Below are positions 36,324-44,453 of a stretch of DNA of 64,000 bases, piece by piece. Each line of letters starts with the position of its first letter. Within the stretch, counting starts at the first letter, position 1. The notes under the pieces are model-generated. The model saw only the letters and a list, made by a program, of their open reading frames with translations, made no database searches and was not told where the DNA came from. This stretch comes from Candidatus Latescibacterota bacterium. GTDB lineage: Bacteria; Latescibacterota; UBA2968; UBA8231. The position numbers and the translations under genes were made by a program. The DNA is taken from assembly GCA_965217585.1 (NCBI GenBank), contig OZ244561.1, positions 882,888 to 946,887 of the forward strand. The letters are read 5' to 3'.

Positions 36324-36852
36324 TTACCTTGCCCTCGGGGCTCCCGCGCCAGACTTGCCCCTGACGGTCTATCGCCAACGCCGAGACCTTGTGCCCGGTC
36401 TCCACCAGGCGAATCCGGCCGTCTTCAAGACAGGCTAAGCCGCCCATCGTGCCGATCCACAGCGGGCCGGAGGCATCTTGGGCAAATTTCCACGGCCACT
36501 GCATTGCGCCGTTCTCCGCACTCATGCGCCGACCGTCTAGGCTGATGATCCCCCGTTGCTGCGTCGCCAGCCATGTCGTACCCGTTGTGTCGGTGGCCAT
36601 GTCGTACACCCGCCCTATGGACTGACCCGCAATTTCTGTCACGCGCTCTATGCACCGCCCCTCGACAAACCAGCCTATCCCTGCGCTGGTCAGCACCCGC
36701 ATTGAGCCATCGGCTTGGGATTGTAGGTCCAATATGTCTTCTACCTGCATCCCGGCTAGCCCATCAAAGACGGTGTACTGGTGCCCTAGCAGGCGACCAA
36801 AGGACATTGGCCGTCGCGGGGCTTTTGCAGATGTGCTAGCACTCTTCATCAC
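36286..36852 (-). CDS. Two-component-regulator propeller (Reg_prop) repeat fragment, 188 aa; probably a gene remnant
   Basis: Repeats of the type GPLWIGTMGGLACLEDG, GTTWLATQQRGIISLDG, SMRVLTSAGIGWFVEG. From memory, full-length proteins with this domain are several times longer. Confidence 0.5.
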   Translation of the reverse strand: MMKSASTSAKAPRRPMSFGRLLGHQYTVFDGLAGMQVEDILDLQSQADGSMRVLTSAGIGWFVEGRCIERVTEIAGQSIGRVYDMATDTTGTTWLATQQRGIISLDGRRMSAENGAMQWPWKFAQDASGPLWIGTMGGLACLEDGRIRLVETGHKVSALAIDRQGQVWRGSPEGKVIKGVGMNSRGNG

Positions 36853-36935
36853 TCGGCTCTCTTATAGTAGATCAATCAACCCTTTTTCCGCCGGCTGTGC
36901 AATCGCCTTGCGCGAGAAAGGGCCGCGCCGGCTTA

Positions 36936-39900
36936 TTACCGCTGAAGTTGTTCCTCCGCCCGCTGCCGAAAAGCGCTCCGCTCCGCTGCTTTGAGCGTAT
37001 TCCAGATCAGCAGCTCTTTGCGGATCGCCTGTAAGAAACTGCGGTTGGCCCGACGCCAGGAATCGTTGTCGCCGCTGAGGCAGCGTAGATAGAACACTAT
37101 ACCGTAAATATCGGCTTGCTCCTCGGGGCAGATGCACAGTACGGCGTGCTGGCTCACGCCCAAATCCAGCGGTGCCAGCCACACCCGGGCTTCAAGGGCG
37201 TAGGCCGTACCTTGGGGCGTGGCAAAGGACTGGAGCAGGGTACCCTCGGTGTAAAACGAGCCAATCGATGCCTCGCCGTAGGACCCTAGGTAATCCAACA
37301 AAAAGCCGCACAGGCCCTTGGCCTCAGCCGCCGACACCAAGAAGGGGAAGCGGAATTCCCACTCGGCACCCACCGGCGGCTCGGGCTGCCAGCGCCGCGT
37401 TAGGTCGGGAACCGCAGTGCGGGCGGCCACCCGGGCCGGGTACACCGTGGACAGCAAAACCACGCCCATGACGATGAGCGCCGAAAACACAGCCGCCAGG
37501 GACGAATAGTTCAAATTGAGTCCGCCCAGCATGTCCAAGTGGTTCAACACCAAGCCCGTCACTTGTCCCCCCAAGTACCCTAGCGTAATGCCCAAGACCG
37601 CATAGGCGCAGGCTTCGGCGATGAACAGCAGGGCGATGTGGGACGGAGCCAATCCTACGGCCGCGTAGATGCCAATGTCCTTGAGGCGTTCGTACACCGT
37701 CCCCAGCATGGTATTGAGGACGATGAGGGCGGCGATGAGCATGGGTATGATCAGCACCCCTAGGCCCTTTATCGCCGTCGCCCCAATCGACGAATACGCC
37801 CAGACGTCGACGGTCGCGGCTCCGTCTTGCCGCAAGCCGACGAACAGGCTGACAGTCACCCGCAGCAGGAAGTCTTCCAGCAACGCTTGGGCCGCCCCGG
37901 TGTCTAGGCGCTCCCGATCAAAGGCGACGGCCACCGAGCGCAGCCGCCCCCCCATTTGGCGGACGATCTCATAGGGCGCAATGAGCACGTTGTCCGGCAG
38001 GATATGCACATAGGGGCGGTACTGGGAGGCGGTGGCTGTCGTGGCCGCGCTTTGGTTGATCTGCAAGGTACTACCAGCGGATTGGGACAACTCAAAGTCC
38101 ACCGGCGTCAGCGGGCCATCGTCTAGGTCTCGGATGCGGTTGAAGGTCTCTGGATCGAGCAAGCCTACCACGGTCAATTTTTTGCCCATTACCTGCACTT
38201 GAGCGCGTCCCAAGTCACTGACACCCAAACCTAGGGCTTCGGCCATCGGCAAGGGCAGCAGACAACTAGCCTCGGTCGCGGCAGTGAAAAAGCGCCCAGC
38301 GGTCAGGGCCTGGTCAACGCCTGTGATGTCGGTTTCCTCGGGGCTTAGGCCGAGCAAGCCGTAGGTCCGTACCAATTGCCGCCCAGCCGCCGCTTCGAGG
38401 TAGGTCTTTTTGTCCTCCTGCAAAATGAACCAGTTGCGCGGGCTGATCGGGCCGACCGCGGAAAAGTGGGAGCGTATATAATCCAGCATGGGCTGGCCCA
38501 AGGGATTCCAGGCCCGGTTGCGCACCAGGATGCCCTCGTACCCACCCTCGTGCTCAAGGGGTAGCGAGATAAAGCGCGCCCGGCTCTCGTACGAGGCAAA
38601 GGAAAGCACCGTAAACGTCAGCAGCACCAGGGTCGTCAAGGTCAGGCCAGTGCGCAGTTTGCGCCGTCGCATATTGGATATGCCCAGCATGAACGCGGCA
38701 TGGGCGACGCTGAAACGCCGCATCTCAACGTGGTGGATCTGGTCGCCGCGCTCCTTCATAAAACTGTTGAAGCGGCTGATGATGAGGACGAGGACGAAAC
38801 CGGCCATGGCCATGATGGCAAAGGCCAGCAGGATGACCAGCGGATGGGCAATGGCAAAGGCGGGATGCACCTGCGAGACCACGAGCCAGACTATAGCTAA
38901 TAACGCACCAAAACCAGCCAGTTGCCGCGTGATCTGCGCCGCCCCCAGCAGCAGGCGCTCGCCCAAAAAAGCCGCGGGAATGAGTAGCGCCAAAAAGAAT
39001 ACCATGCCCTTTATGACGTCGTTTAAGGTCGCCATGGCCTGCGGATAAACCTGATTTTCCAGCCCCAGCGCCACCCGCAGATGGGCCACGTAGCGGCTCC
39101 ATTCTTTTTGCCGGGCGGCCTCTTGGGCGGCTTCGAGGACTTGGGCGGTGCGCTGGTGCAGGCGCTGCAAGTGCTGGTTTTCAATGGCGTGGTCGCGCAT
39201 GGTCTGCAGCCGATCCTCGTCGAGGCGCCACATGTCCCAGGCGGCCTGCAACAGCGTCGGCACCAGCCGCTCCTCGGCTAGGGAAAAGCCCTCGCCGTTG
39301 GGGCGGCTACCGGGGATGCCGTTGTTGAGCAGCAGCAGTTGTCGGCCCGCCAGTATTTTGATGCGGTTTTGCGGCTCGGCGTCCTGCGGCCCGAATACCA
39401 CCCCGGCCGCTTCGTCGAGGCCGCTGCCCAGCGCATAGCCGAATTGGCGCGGGCTGGTGTCGTAGCGGTTGACCACGGAGATGCCACCCAAGAAATTGAG
39501 CGAACGCGGACTAATTAGGCCGTAAAAAGGACGGCTCAAGCAGGGAAAAACCACTACCGATTGCTCGGTGAGTGCCCACTGGACAGTGCTTGAGATGGAG
39601 CCGTCGGCCAGCGGTGCCCCGTGGAACCCTTGCGCCCTTTTACTCAGATCGGCGGCGTAGGTAATGGCACCGCTGTGCGGGTCCAAGACGTAGACGTTGG
39701 TGCGGTATTGGGCCTGCGGCAGCCCCGTTATGAGCAACTCGCCCTCGTCGTCGCTCAGATGGACTTGGGCGGTGCGCACCCCTTTGACGGCTTTGCCAGC
39801 GGTCGCCCGTTGCGAACGCACTACGGCTACCGCGTCGGGCACCGGCCGGTCCGGCGTTTGCGAGCGGCGCGGAAAGGTCCGCGCCTTGAGGAGCAAGTCG

Positions 39901-41348
39901 CGCAAGCGGTCCTGCAGCACCGGTCCAAAGGACGCTTTCTCTTCCAATAATTGCGGATCGTTTAGGGCCTGTTGCAGCACACCGTTTAGCAGGGCGACTT
40001 GGCGCGCCAGATTGTCGTAGTTGACCGCGGCCGGCTGGTCCAGCGGCGAATCAACCTGCAGGCGGGCGTCGTTGACGGTGATCAAGCCCAAGGAGATCAA
40101 GCCGCCTTCGAGAGCGAGCTGGCTGTCGGCGGCAATCCCGCCGGGCATGTACGCCGACCAGCCCAAGCCCTTGATGGGGGTGATACCGTTGACCAAGCTG
40201 CCGACCGCGGCCGAGTCTAGGGTGCTGGCGTAGTCCCTGAAGCGGCGACCGAATGGAGCAAAAAAGCGCCGCAATTCGGGTTTGGCGGTATTGTTCCAAA
40301 TGCCGACTTGATCGGTGCTACTCGACAGATCGAGGCCGATGAACAGATCTATGTGGAGGGGCTCCTTTAGGCGGCGGGCGTGGCGAGCGAGAAAGTCGGC
40401 CATGCCCTGGCGACCCTGAAAATGAGCCGAAGTCGCCACTAGGATGGTGGTGCGCGCCGGCGGATGGGCGGCGAGATGGCGGGCCAATTCCAATAAGGCG
40501 GCGATGCCGCAGGCGGTCTCGGCGCTGGGCGCCCGGCCCGGCACCACGGAAATGCCGTCGTAATACGCCTCGATGGCGACGCGCTCGGCGGCCAGTTCGG
40601 GATCGGTACCGGGGATCATGCCCCAGATATTCCACGCCGGCCGCCGTTGCCAGTCCATGCGGCCCTGCAAGTGTACCAATAGCTCGCCACCCCGCAGGCG
40701 CTGGCGCAAGTCTAGGCCCGCTTCTCGCTCGATCCAGAAGCGGGGGATGTCGAGCGGCACTTGGGCGTATTTGGCGTCGGCTTGGTGGCGGTTGGCCTGC
40801 TCGGGCGCGATAAATACCACGGCCCGAGCGCCCAGCGAAGCAGCGCGCAACCAGTGGTTCCAACTGTCGAATTCCAGCAGGACAATGCGTCCGTCCATGG
40901 CGTGGCCGTCGAAATCGCGCCACTCGCCCCGACCGCCGTAGATCATCGGCGCTTGCAAGCCCTCTGGCGGCAGCGTGACCGTCCGCGCCAGATTCGGCCA
41001 CAGGCCCCACAGCGGCACCTCCTCCCCGCTTGGCTCCAAACGCAGGTGAGCACCGCGCTCTATGGGCACCACCACTGCAAACGAGTCGCGCCGCACCGCT
41101 TTGACACCAGCCGCGACCAGTTCCCGCTCCACCAACGCGGCACCCGCTTCGGCACCAGGATAGCCGGCCAAGCGCGATTCAACGGCGCTTAGCGCTTCGA
41201 TGGTGGCACGCAAAGTAGCCACCTCGCCATAGCAGGGCGTTTGCAGCAGCCCCAACCAGATCGCGAGACATATTTGTAGGGGCGACCGGCCGGTCGCCCT
41301 TACACCGGTAGACGCGCCATTTTTATATGCAGTCGCCACGCTATTCAA
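36936..41348 (-). CDS. M28-peptidase-like + PA domain ectodomain fused to a MacB/FtsX-type permease (about 1450 aa); 5' end uncertain
   Basis: PA/M28-like region: VVFIAPEQANRH...WNIWGMIPGTDPELAAERVAIEAYYDGISVVPGRAPSAETACGIAALLELARHL. FtsX TM1: NMRRRKLRTGLTLTTLVLLTFTVLSF. FtsX domain: YERLKDIGIYAAVGLAPSHIALLFIAEACAYAVLGITLGYLGG. The ORF-track start (TTG 41348) reads through a REP palindrome, so the true start is probably downstream (in-frame TTG/GTG near 41210-41250). Confidence 0.8.
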   Translation of the reverse strand: MNSVATAYKNGASTGVRATGRSPLQICLAIWLGLLQTPCYGEVATLRATIEALSAVESRLAGYPGAEAGAALVERELVAAGVKAVRRDSFAVVVPIERGAHLRLEPSGEEVPLWGLWPNLARTVTLPPEGLQAPMIYGGRGEWRDFDGHAMDGRIVLLEFDSWNHWLRAASLGARAVVFIAPEQANRHQADAKYAQVPLDIPRFWIEREAGLDLRQRLRGGELLVHLQGRMDWQRRPAWNIWGMIPGTDPELAAERVAIEAYYDGISVVPGRAPSAETACGIAALLELARHLAAHPPARTTILVATSAHFQGRQGMADFLARHARRLKEPLHIDLFIGLDLSSSTDQVGIWNNTAKPELRRFFAPFGRRFRDYASTLDSAAVGSLVNGITPIKGLGWSAYMPGGIAADSQLALEGGLISLGLITVNDARLQVDSPLDQPAAVNYDNLARQVALLNGVLQQALNDPQLLEEKASFGPVLQDRLRDLLLKARTFPRRSQTPDRPVPDAVAVVRSQRATAGKAVKGVRTAQVHLSDDEGELLITGLPQAQYRTNVYVLDPHSGAITYAADLSKRAQGFHGAPLADGSISSTVQWALTEQSVVVFPCLSRPFYGLISPRSLNFLGGISVVNRYDTSPRQFGYALGSGLDEAAGVVFGPQDAEPQNRIKILAGRQLLLLNNGIPGSRPNGEGFSLAEERLVPTLLQAAWDMWRLDEDRLQTMRDHAIENQHLQRLHQRTAQVLEAAQEAARQKEWSRYVAHLRVALGLENQVYPQAMATLNDVIKGMVFFLALLIPAAFLGERLLLGAAQITRQLAGFGALLAIVWLVVSQVHPAFAIAHPLVILLAFAIMAMAGFVLVLIISRFNSFMKERGDQIHHVEMRRFSVAHAAFMLGISNMRRRKLRTGLTLTTLVLLTFTVLSFASYESRARFISLPLEHEGGYEGILVRNRAWNPLGQPMLDYIRSHFSAVGPISPRNWFILQEDKKTYLEAAAGRQLVRTYGLLGLSPEETDITGVDQALTAGRFFTAATEASCLLPLPMAEALGLGVSDLGRAQVQVMGKKLTVVGLLDPETFNRIRDLDDGPLTPVDFELSQSAGSTLQINQSAATTATASQYRPYVHILPDNVLIAPYEIVRQMGGRLRSVAVAFDRERLDTGAAQALLEDFLLRVTVSLFVGLRQDGAATVDVWAYSSIGATAIKGLGVLIIPMLIAALIVLNTMLGTVYERLKDIGIYAAVGLAPSHIALLFIAEACAYAVLGITLGYLGGQVTGLVLNHLDMLGGLNLNYSSLAAVFSALIVMGVVLLSTVYPARVAARTAVPDLTRRWQPEPPVGAEWEFRFPFLVSAAEAKGLCGFLLDYLGSYGEASIGSFYTEGTLLQSFATPQGTAYALEARVWLAPLDLGVSQHAVLCICPEEQADIYGIVFYLRCLSGDNDSWRRANRSFLQAIRKELLIWNTLKAAERSAFRQRAEEQLQR
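41276..41303. repeat. REP-like palindrome gtaggggcgaccggccggtcgcccttac, copy 2 (1 mismatch to copy 1)
   Basis: Read directly. It lies between the stop of the 681-aa membrane protein gene (41345) and the likely true start of the M28-FtsX gene. Confidence 0.9.
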
Positions 41349-43390
41349 CCCCAGAAAATCACATTGCCGACCGTGCCGGTAAAATGGTCAATGACGAGGA
41401 AGATGCCGCCCGGCAGCAGTTGTCCCAAGATCAGGCCCATAAAAAACGGCCTAGTCTGATGGTAGCGCTCGGCACCGCCGTACTTGAGCACCAAGACTTT
41501 GATCAACCAAGCCAAGAACATATTGAACCACAGATGGTCCATAATCCAAGTCGGCCCAATGGGATAGCCCAAAGGGTGCAAGGGCCACCAAGCGTAGTGC
41601 CAACGGGCCACAGTCAAACCCAGCATGATGGCTGCGCCCAAGCCCATATTGATCCAGCCCCACAGATGCAACTCGCTCGGGTAGCGCAGTAAGCCCTCGA
41701 CATAGCGGTAGGGGGCTTCGCGGCTGACCGTGCCTCGCAGGTTGAGATTGCCGTGCTCGTAGCTCAGCTCCAAGATCATCCAAGTTGAAGCCGCTAGCGC
41801 CACGGCTATGGCCACGACCATGGCCCAGAACAAAGGCCGACGCCCCCGGCCCAGTTCCCCGCCCAGTTTCAGGCTGTTGGCACAGGAGGCCATGACAAAG
41901 CTGCGGACATTGGCCGTCCAGATATAGGTGCTGGCCAGCAAGACCAAGCCCGGCGCTCCCAGCGCCGACGAGCCTACCGCGGAGATGATGATGCCAGCCG
42001 GCACCACGGGCGGAGCGCCGTCGGATAGACCGCCTTCAGCCACTATCCGGGTAAAAGCGACAAAAAGGGCACCGGCCAGAAACAGCAACGCCACGCCAGC
42101 CCACAGCGGCAATCCGGCCAGCCACAGCCAGCCGAGCATGATCGCCACACCGACGGCGAGGATAGCCACCGCCGCCCGGTACGACAGTATTTCCTCGCCG
42201 TCATCAACGGCCGGGTCGCCGGACCAGGCCTTGCGCCAGACCGCGGCCAGATGGCGGCGAGCAGCCCACAAGCCGCCGAGGAAGAGGACCACCATCGCAC
42301 CCATAGCGTGATAGACCTGAAGCGTGTGCGGGATGTCGTGCCCACCACCCAAGCTGGGCGTATTGCCCAAGCCGAGGATGGCGAAAGCGCCGCGCAAGAC
42401 ATTGGCCAACAGGTTGAAAACCCACAGGCTGAGCGCGACTTCGGTCTTGAGAAAATAGAAAAAACCGAAGATGTGGAAGCGGAAGGCGATGTACAGCGTA
42501 GTAGTGCCGCGCATGATCGGCAATTCTTGGTGGAGCAGATCGACGCTGCGGGCGAAATGCACTCCTTCCGGGAAATAGGCGTACAGGCCGTGCAGCGTGC
42601 TCCAAGTGGCGGCGAGGGCAAAGCCGATCCACATCCCCCGATTTTTGAAAAAAGGCGGCCAGCGCTCTGTGCCCTCTCCCATTGCGGTCATGGCCAGAGG
42701 CACTTGCACTAGCGGATAGACGAGGCGTTCGTTGTCGATCCACTGCCGCCGCAGCACGACCATGATGGCGATCATCACCAAGAAGAGGGACCAGATAAAG
42801 GGCTGCCAAGCCGCCAGTGCCAGCAGCCAAGCTTTCCACGGCACAATGTAGGAGGAACCCATCCCCTCAAAGAAAAACTGGGCGTCGCCGAGCTGGCGCG
42901 GCATCATCCAGTGGGGAATGTGGGGATGGATGAGGCCCTGCCAATCGTTTTCGGGCGTGGCAAAGTAAAAGGGGGAGGCGAGCTGGCTGATGATCCGCGA
43001 GGTAAAAATGATGGGGATGGGCGAGGCCATCACCATCATGATATAGACCAGCAGCAATTCGCCCCGGCGCAACCCCTGCGTCCCACCCAGCTTGAGCAGG
43101 GGATTGATCAGCCCCGTCAGCAGAGACAGCAGACAAACCGCCCCGACCGTGCTGAAGCCCAAAGCCATGAAGGAGCCTTGCAGGTACAGGGTGCTATAGG
43201 CCACGCCGCCGCCGATGAAGGCAGCCAAGAAAGTGCCTAGGGCAAAGGCCCGGAGCGTAAAGGCCGAGCCGGCCTCTTCTACGGTAGGCTCCGGGTCGGG
43301 CGACTTTAGGTCCAGCCGCGAGCGAAAGGCGGCGGGCAGCAGACGGCCGACTCTGCCCGACTCAGGTGTGCTAGCGCCGGTCGCCGGCAT
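41345..43390 (-). CDS. Large polytopic membrane protein, uncharacterised family (paralogue A, 681 aa)
   Basis: More than 12 predicted hydrophobic helices. It shares the blocks YFATPENDW, RRQWIDNERLVYPLVQVPLAM, RIVAEGGL, WWPLHPLGY and VLVLKYGGAERYHQTRPFFMGLILGQ with the 647-aa protein at 48828-50771. Confidence 0.8.
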   Translation of the reverse strand: MPATGASTPESGRVGRLLPAAFRSRLDLKSPDPEPTVEEAGSAFTLRAFALGTFLAAFIGGGVAYSTLYLQGSFMALGFSTVGAVCLLSLLTGLINPLLKLGGTQGLRRGELLLVYIMMVMASPIPIIFTSRIISQLASPFYFATPENDWQGLIHPHIPHWMMPRQLGDAQFFFEGMGSSYIVPWKAWLLALAAWQPFIWSLFLVMIAIMVVLRRQWIDNERLVYPLVQVPLAMTAMGEGTERWPPFFKNRGMWIGFALAATWSTLHGLYAYFPEGVHFARSVDLLHQELPIMRGTTTLYIAFRFHIFGFFYFLKTEVALSLWVFNLLANVLRGAFAILGLGNTPSLGGGHDIPHTLQVYHAMGAMVVLFLGGLWAARRHLAAVWRKAWSGDPAVDDGEEILSYRAAVAILAVGVAIMLGWLWLAGLPLWAGVALLFLAGALFVAFTRIVAEGGLSDGAPPVVPAGIIISAVGSSALGAPGLVLLASTYIWTANVRSFVMASCANSLKLGGELGRGRRPLFWAMVVAIAVALAASTWMILELSYEHGNLNLRGTVSREAPYRYVEGLLRYPSELHLWGWINMGLGAAIMLGLTVARWHYAWWPLHPLGYPIGPTWIMDHLWFNMFLAWLIKVLVLKYGGAERYHQTRPFFMGLILGQLLPGGIFLVIDHFTGTVGNVIFWG

Positions 43391-43498
43391 TAAGGCCCGT
43401 CTCTATGGGAAGACCGGACGGAGCCACGGTTTTAGTTTTGGAAGATAGGGCGAACTGTTCCGCGAGCAGGTCGGTCATGAGCTATCCATTTCGCCGCC

Positions 43499-44386
43499 TT
43501 AGAAGGAGATCCCGACCCGCCCCTTGCCGACGATGGATTTCTCCAGCGCCTCCAGAACCGCCACTGCGCCCAACATGGTCTCTGCGGTATCCGTGGACTG
43601 TCCCTTCCTGAACGTGCGTACAAAAGCGCGGACGCCCGGATAGTACATGCTCTCCGGGTAGGGCATGGTCTGAATAGTCTGGTCGATACGGCCTTTGGCG
43701 CCGATGACACTCAGGTGGAAAAAGGCTCCTGCCGCCCCCTCTTCTCCGATCAGATTTACAGTGGCCACCTTGCCGTCTTTGTACGCTATCGCACCCACGT
43801 GGTTCTTCCCCCGCCCCCGGACGACCTGGACGTGACTCACTGCATAGCCGAGCAGCCGCAAAACCATTTCCACTTGGTGGATCCCATAGAAGAAAACACC
43901 GCCCCACCTGCACTTGACATCGCAGGGGCCGGTGGAGACCACTGCGTGGATCGGGCCCAATTGGGATATCCGCTTTTGCAAAGCCACAAATGCGGGCTGC
44001 AAGGGGACGACTCCAAACGAACAGACGGGCACCCCCAAAGCTGAGGCCCGCGCCAGGAAGCGCTTGGCCTCGGCAGTACGGCAGCAGAGCGATTTGTCGA
44101 TATAGAGCGGCAGCCCGGCTTCCAGCAGCGGTCGGGCCGCTGGCAGGTGAAATTGGGGATGGCGATGGGCGATCACCGCGGCGTCGACCGCCCCGATCAG
44201 GTCCTCGGGTCGGGCCGCGATATGGGGAATATTGCCGTTTGTTGCCACTGTCCTCGTCCGGTGGGCCGCGGTTTCCCCCACTAGGTGCGTCACCCGCGCC
44301 CCACCGACGATCTTGTCCACATTCAGGGCCCTCGAAAAGGACAGGGAGTGATTGCTGTCGGCGCCGACCATGCCAATTTTCAACAT
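43499..44386 (-). CDS. Gfo/Idh/MocA-family oxidoreductase-like protein (A)
   Basis: 295 aa. MLKIGMVGADSNHSLSF...DAAVIAHRHPQFHLPAARPLLEAGLPLYIDKSLC is the Rossmann N-domain layout of the family; the glycine motif is degenerate. Confidence 0.65.
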   Translation of the reverse strand: MLKIGMVGADSNHSLSFSRALNVDKIVGGARVTHLVGETAAHRTRTVATNGNIPHIAARPEDLIGAVDAAVIAHRHPQFHLPAARPLLEAGLPLYIDKSLCCRTAEAKRFLARASALGVPVCSFGVVPLQPAFVALQKRISQLGPIHAVVSTGPCDVKCRWGGVFFYGIHQVEMVLRLLGYAVSHVQVVRGRGKNHVGAIAYKDGKVATVNLIGEEGAAGAFFHLSVIGAKGRIDQTIQTMPYPESMYYPGVRAFVRTFRKGQSTDTAETMLGAVAVLEALEKSIVGKGRVGISF

Positions 44387-44453
44387 ATTTCCTCTGCTGT
44401 CGCGCTGTGCCCGCCTCGCGTCTCATTGCTCGCGCTTGGGGCGCACCGGGAAT

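Noticed and set aside
43482-44426. 314-aa Arg/Gly/Pro-rich ORF overlapping the Gfo/Idh/MocA gene in another frame
   Set aside because: It has the low-complexity composition typical of off-frame ORFs in high-GC DNA. The co-located frame (43499-44386) has a recognisable Rossmann-fold N-terminus.
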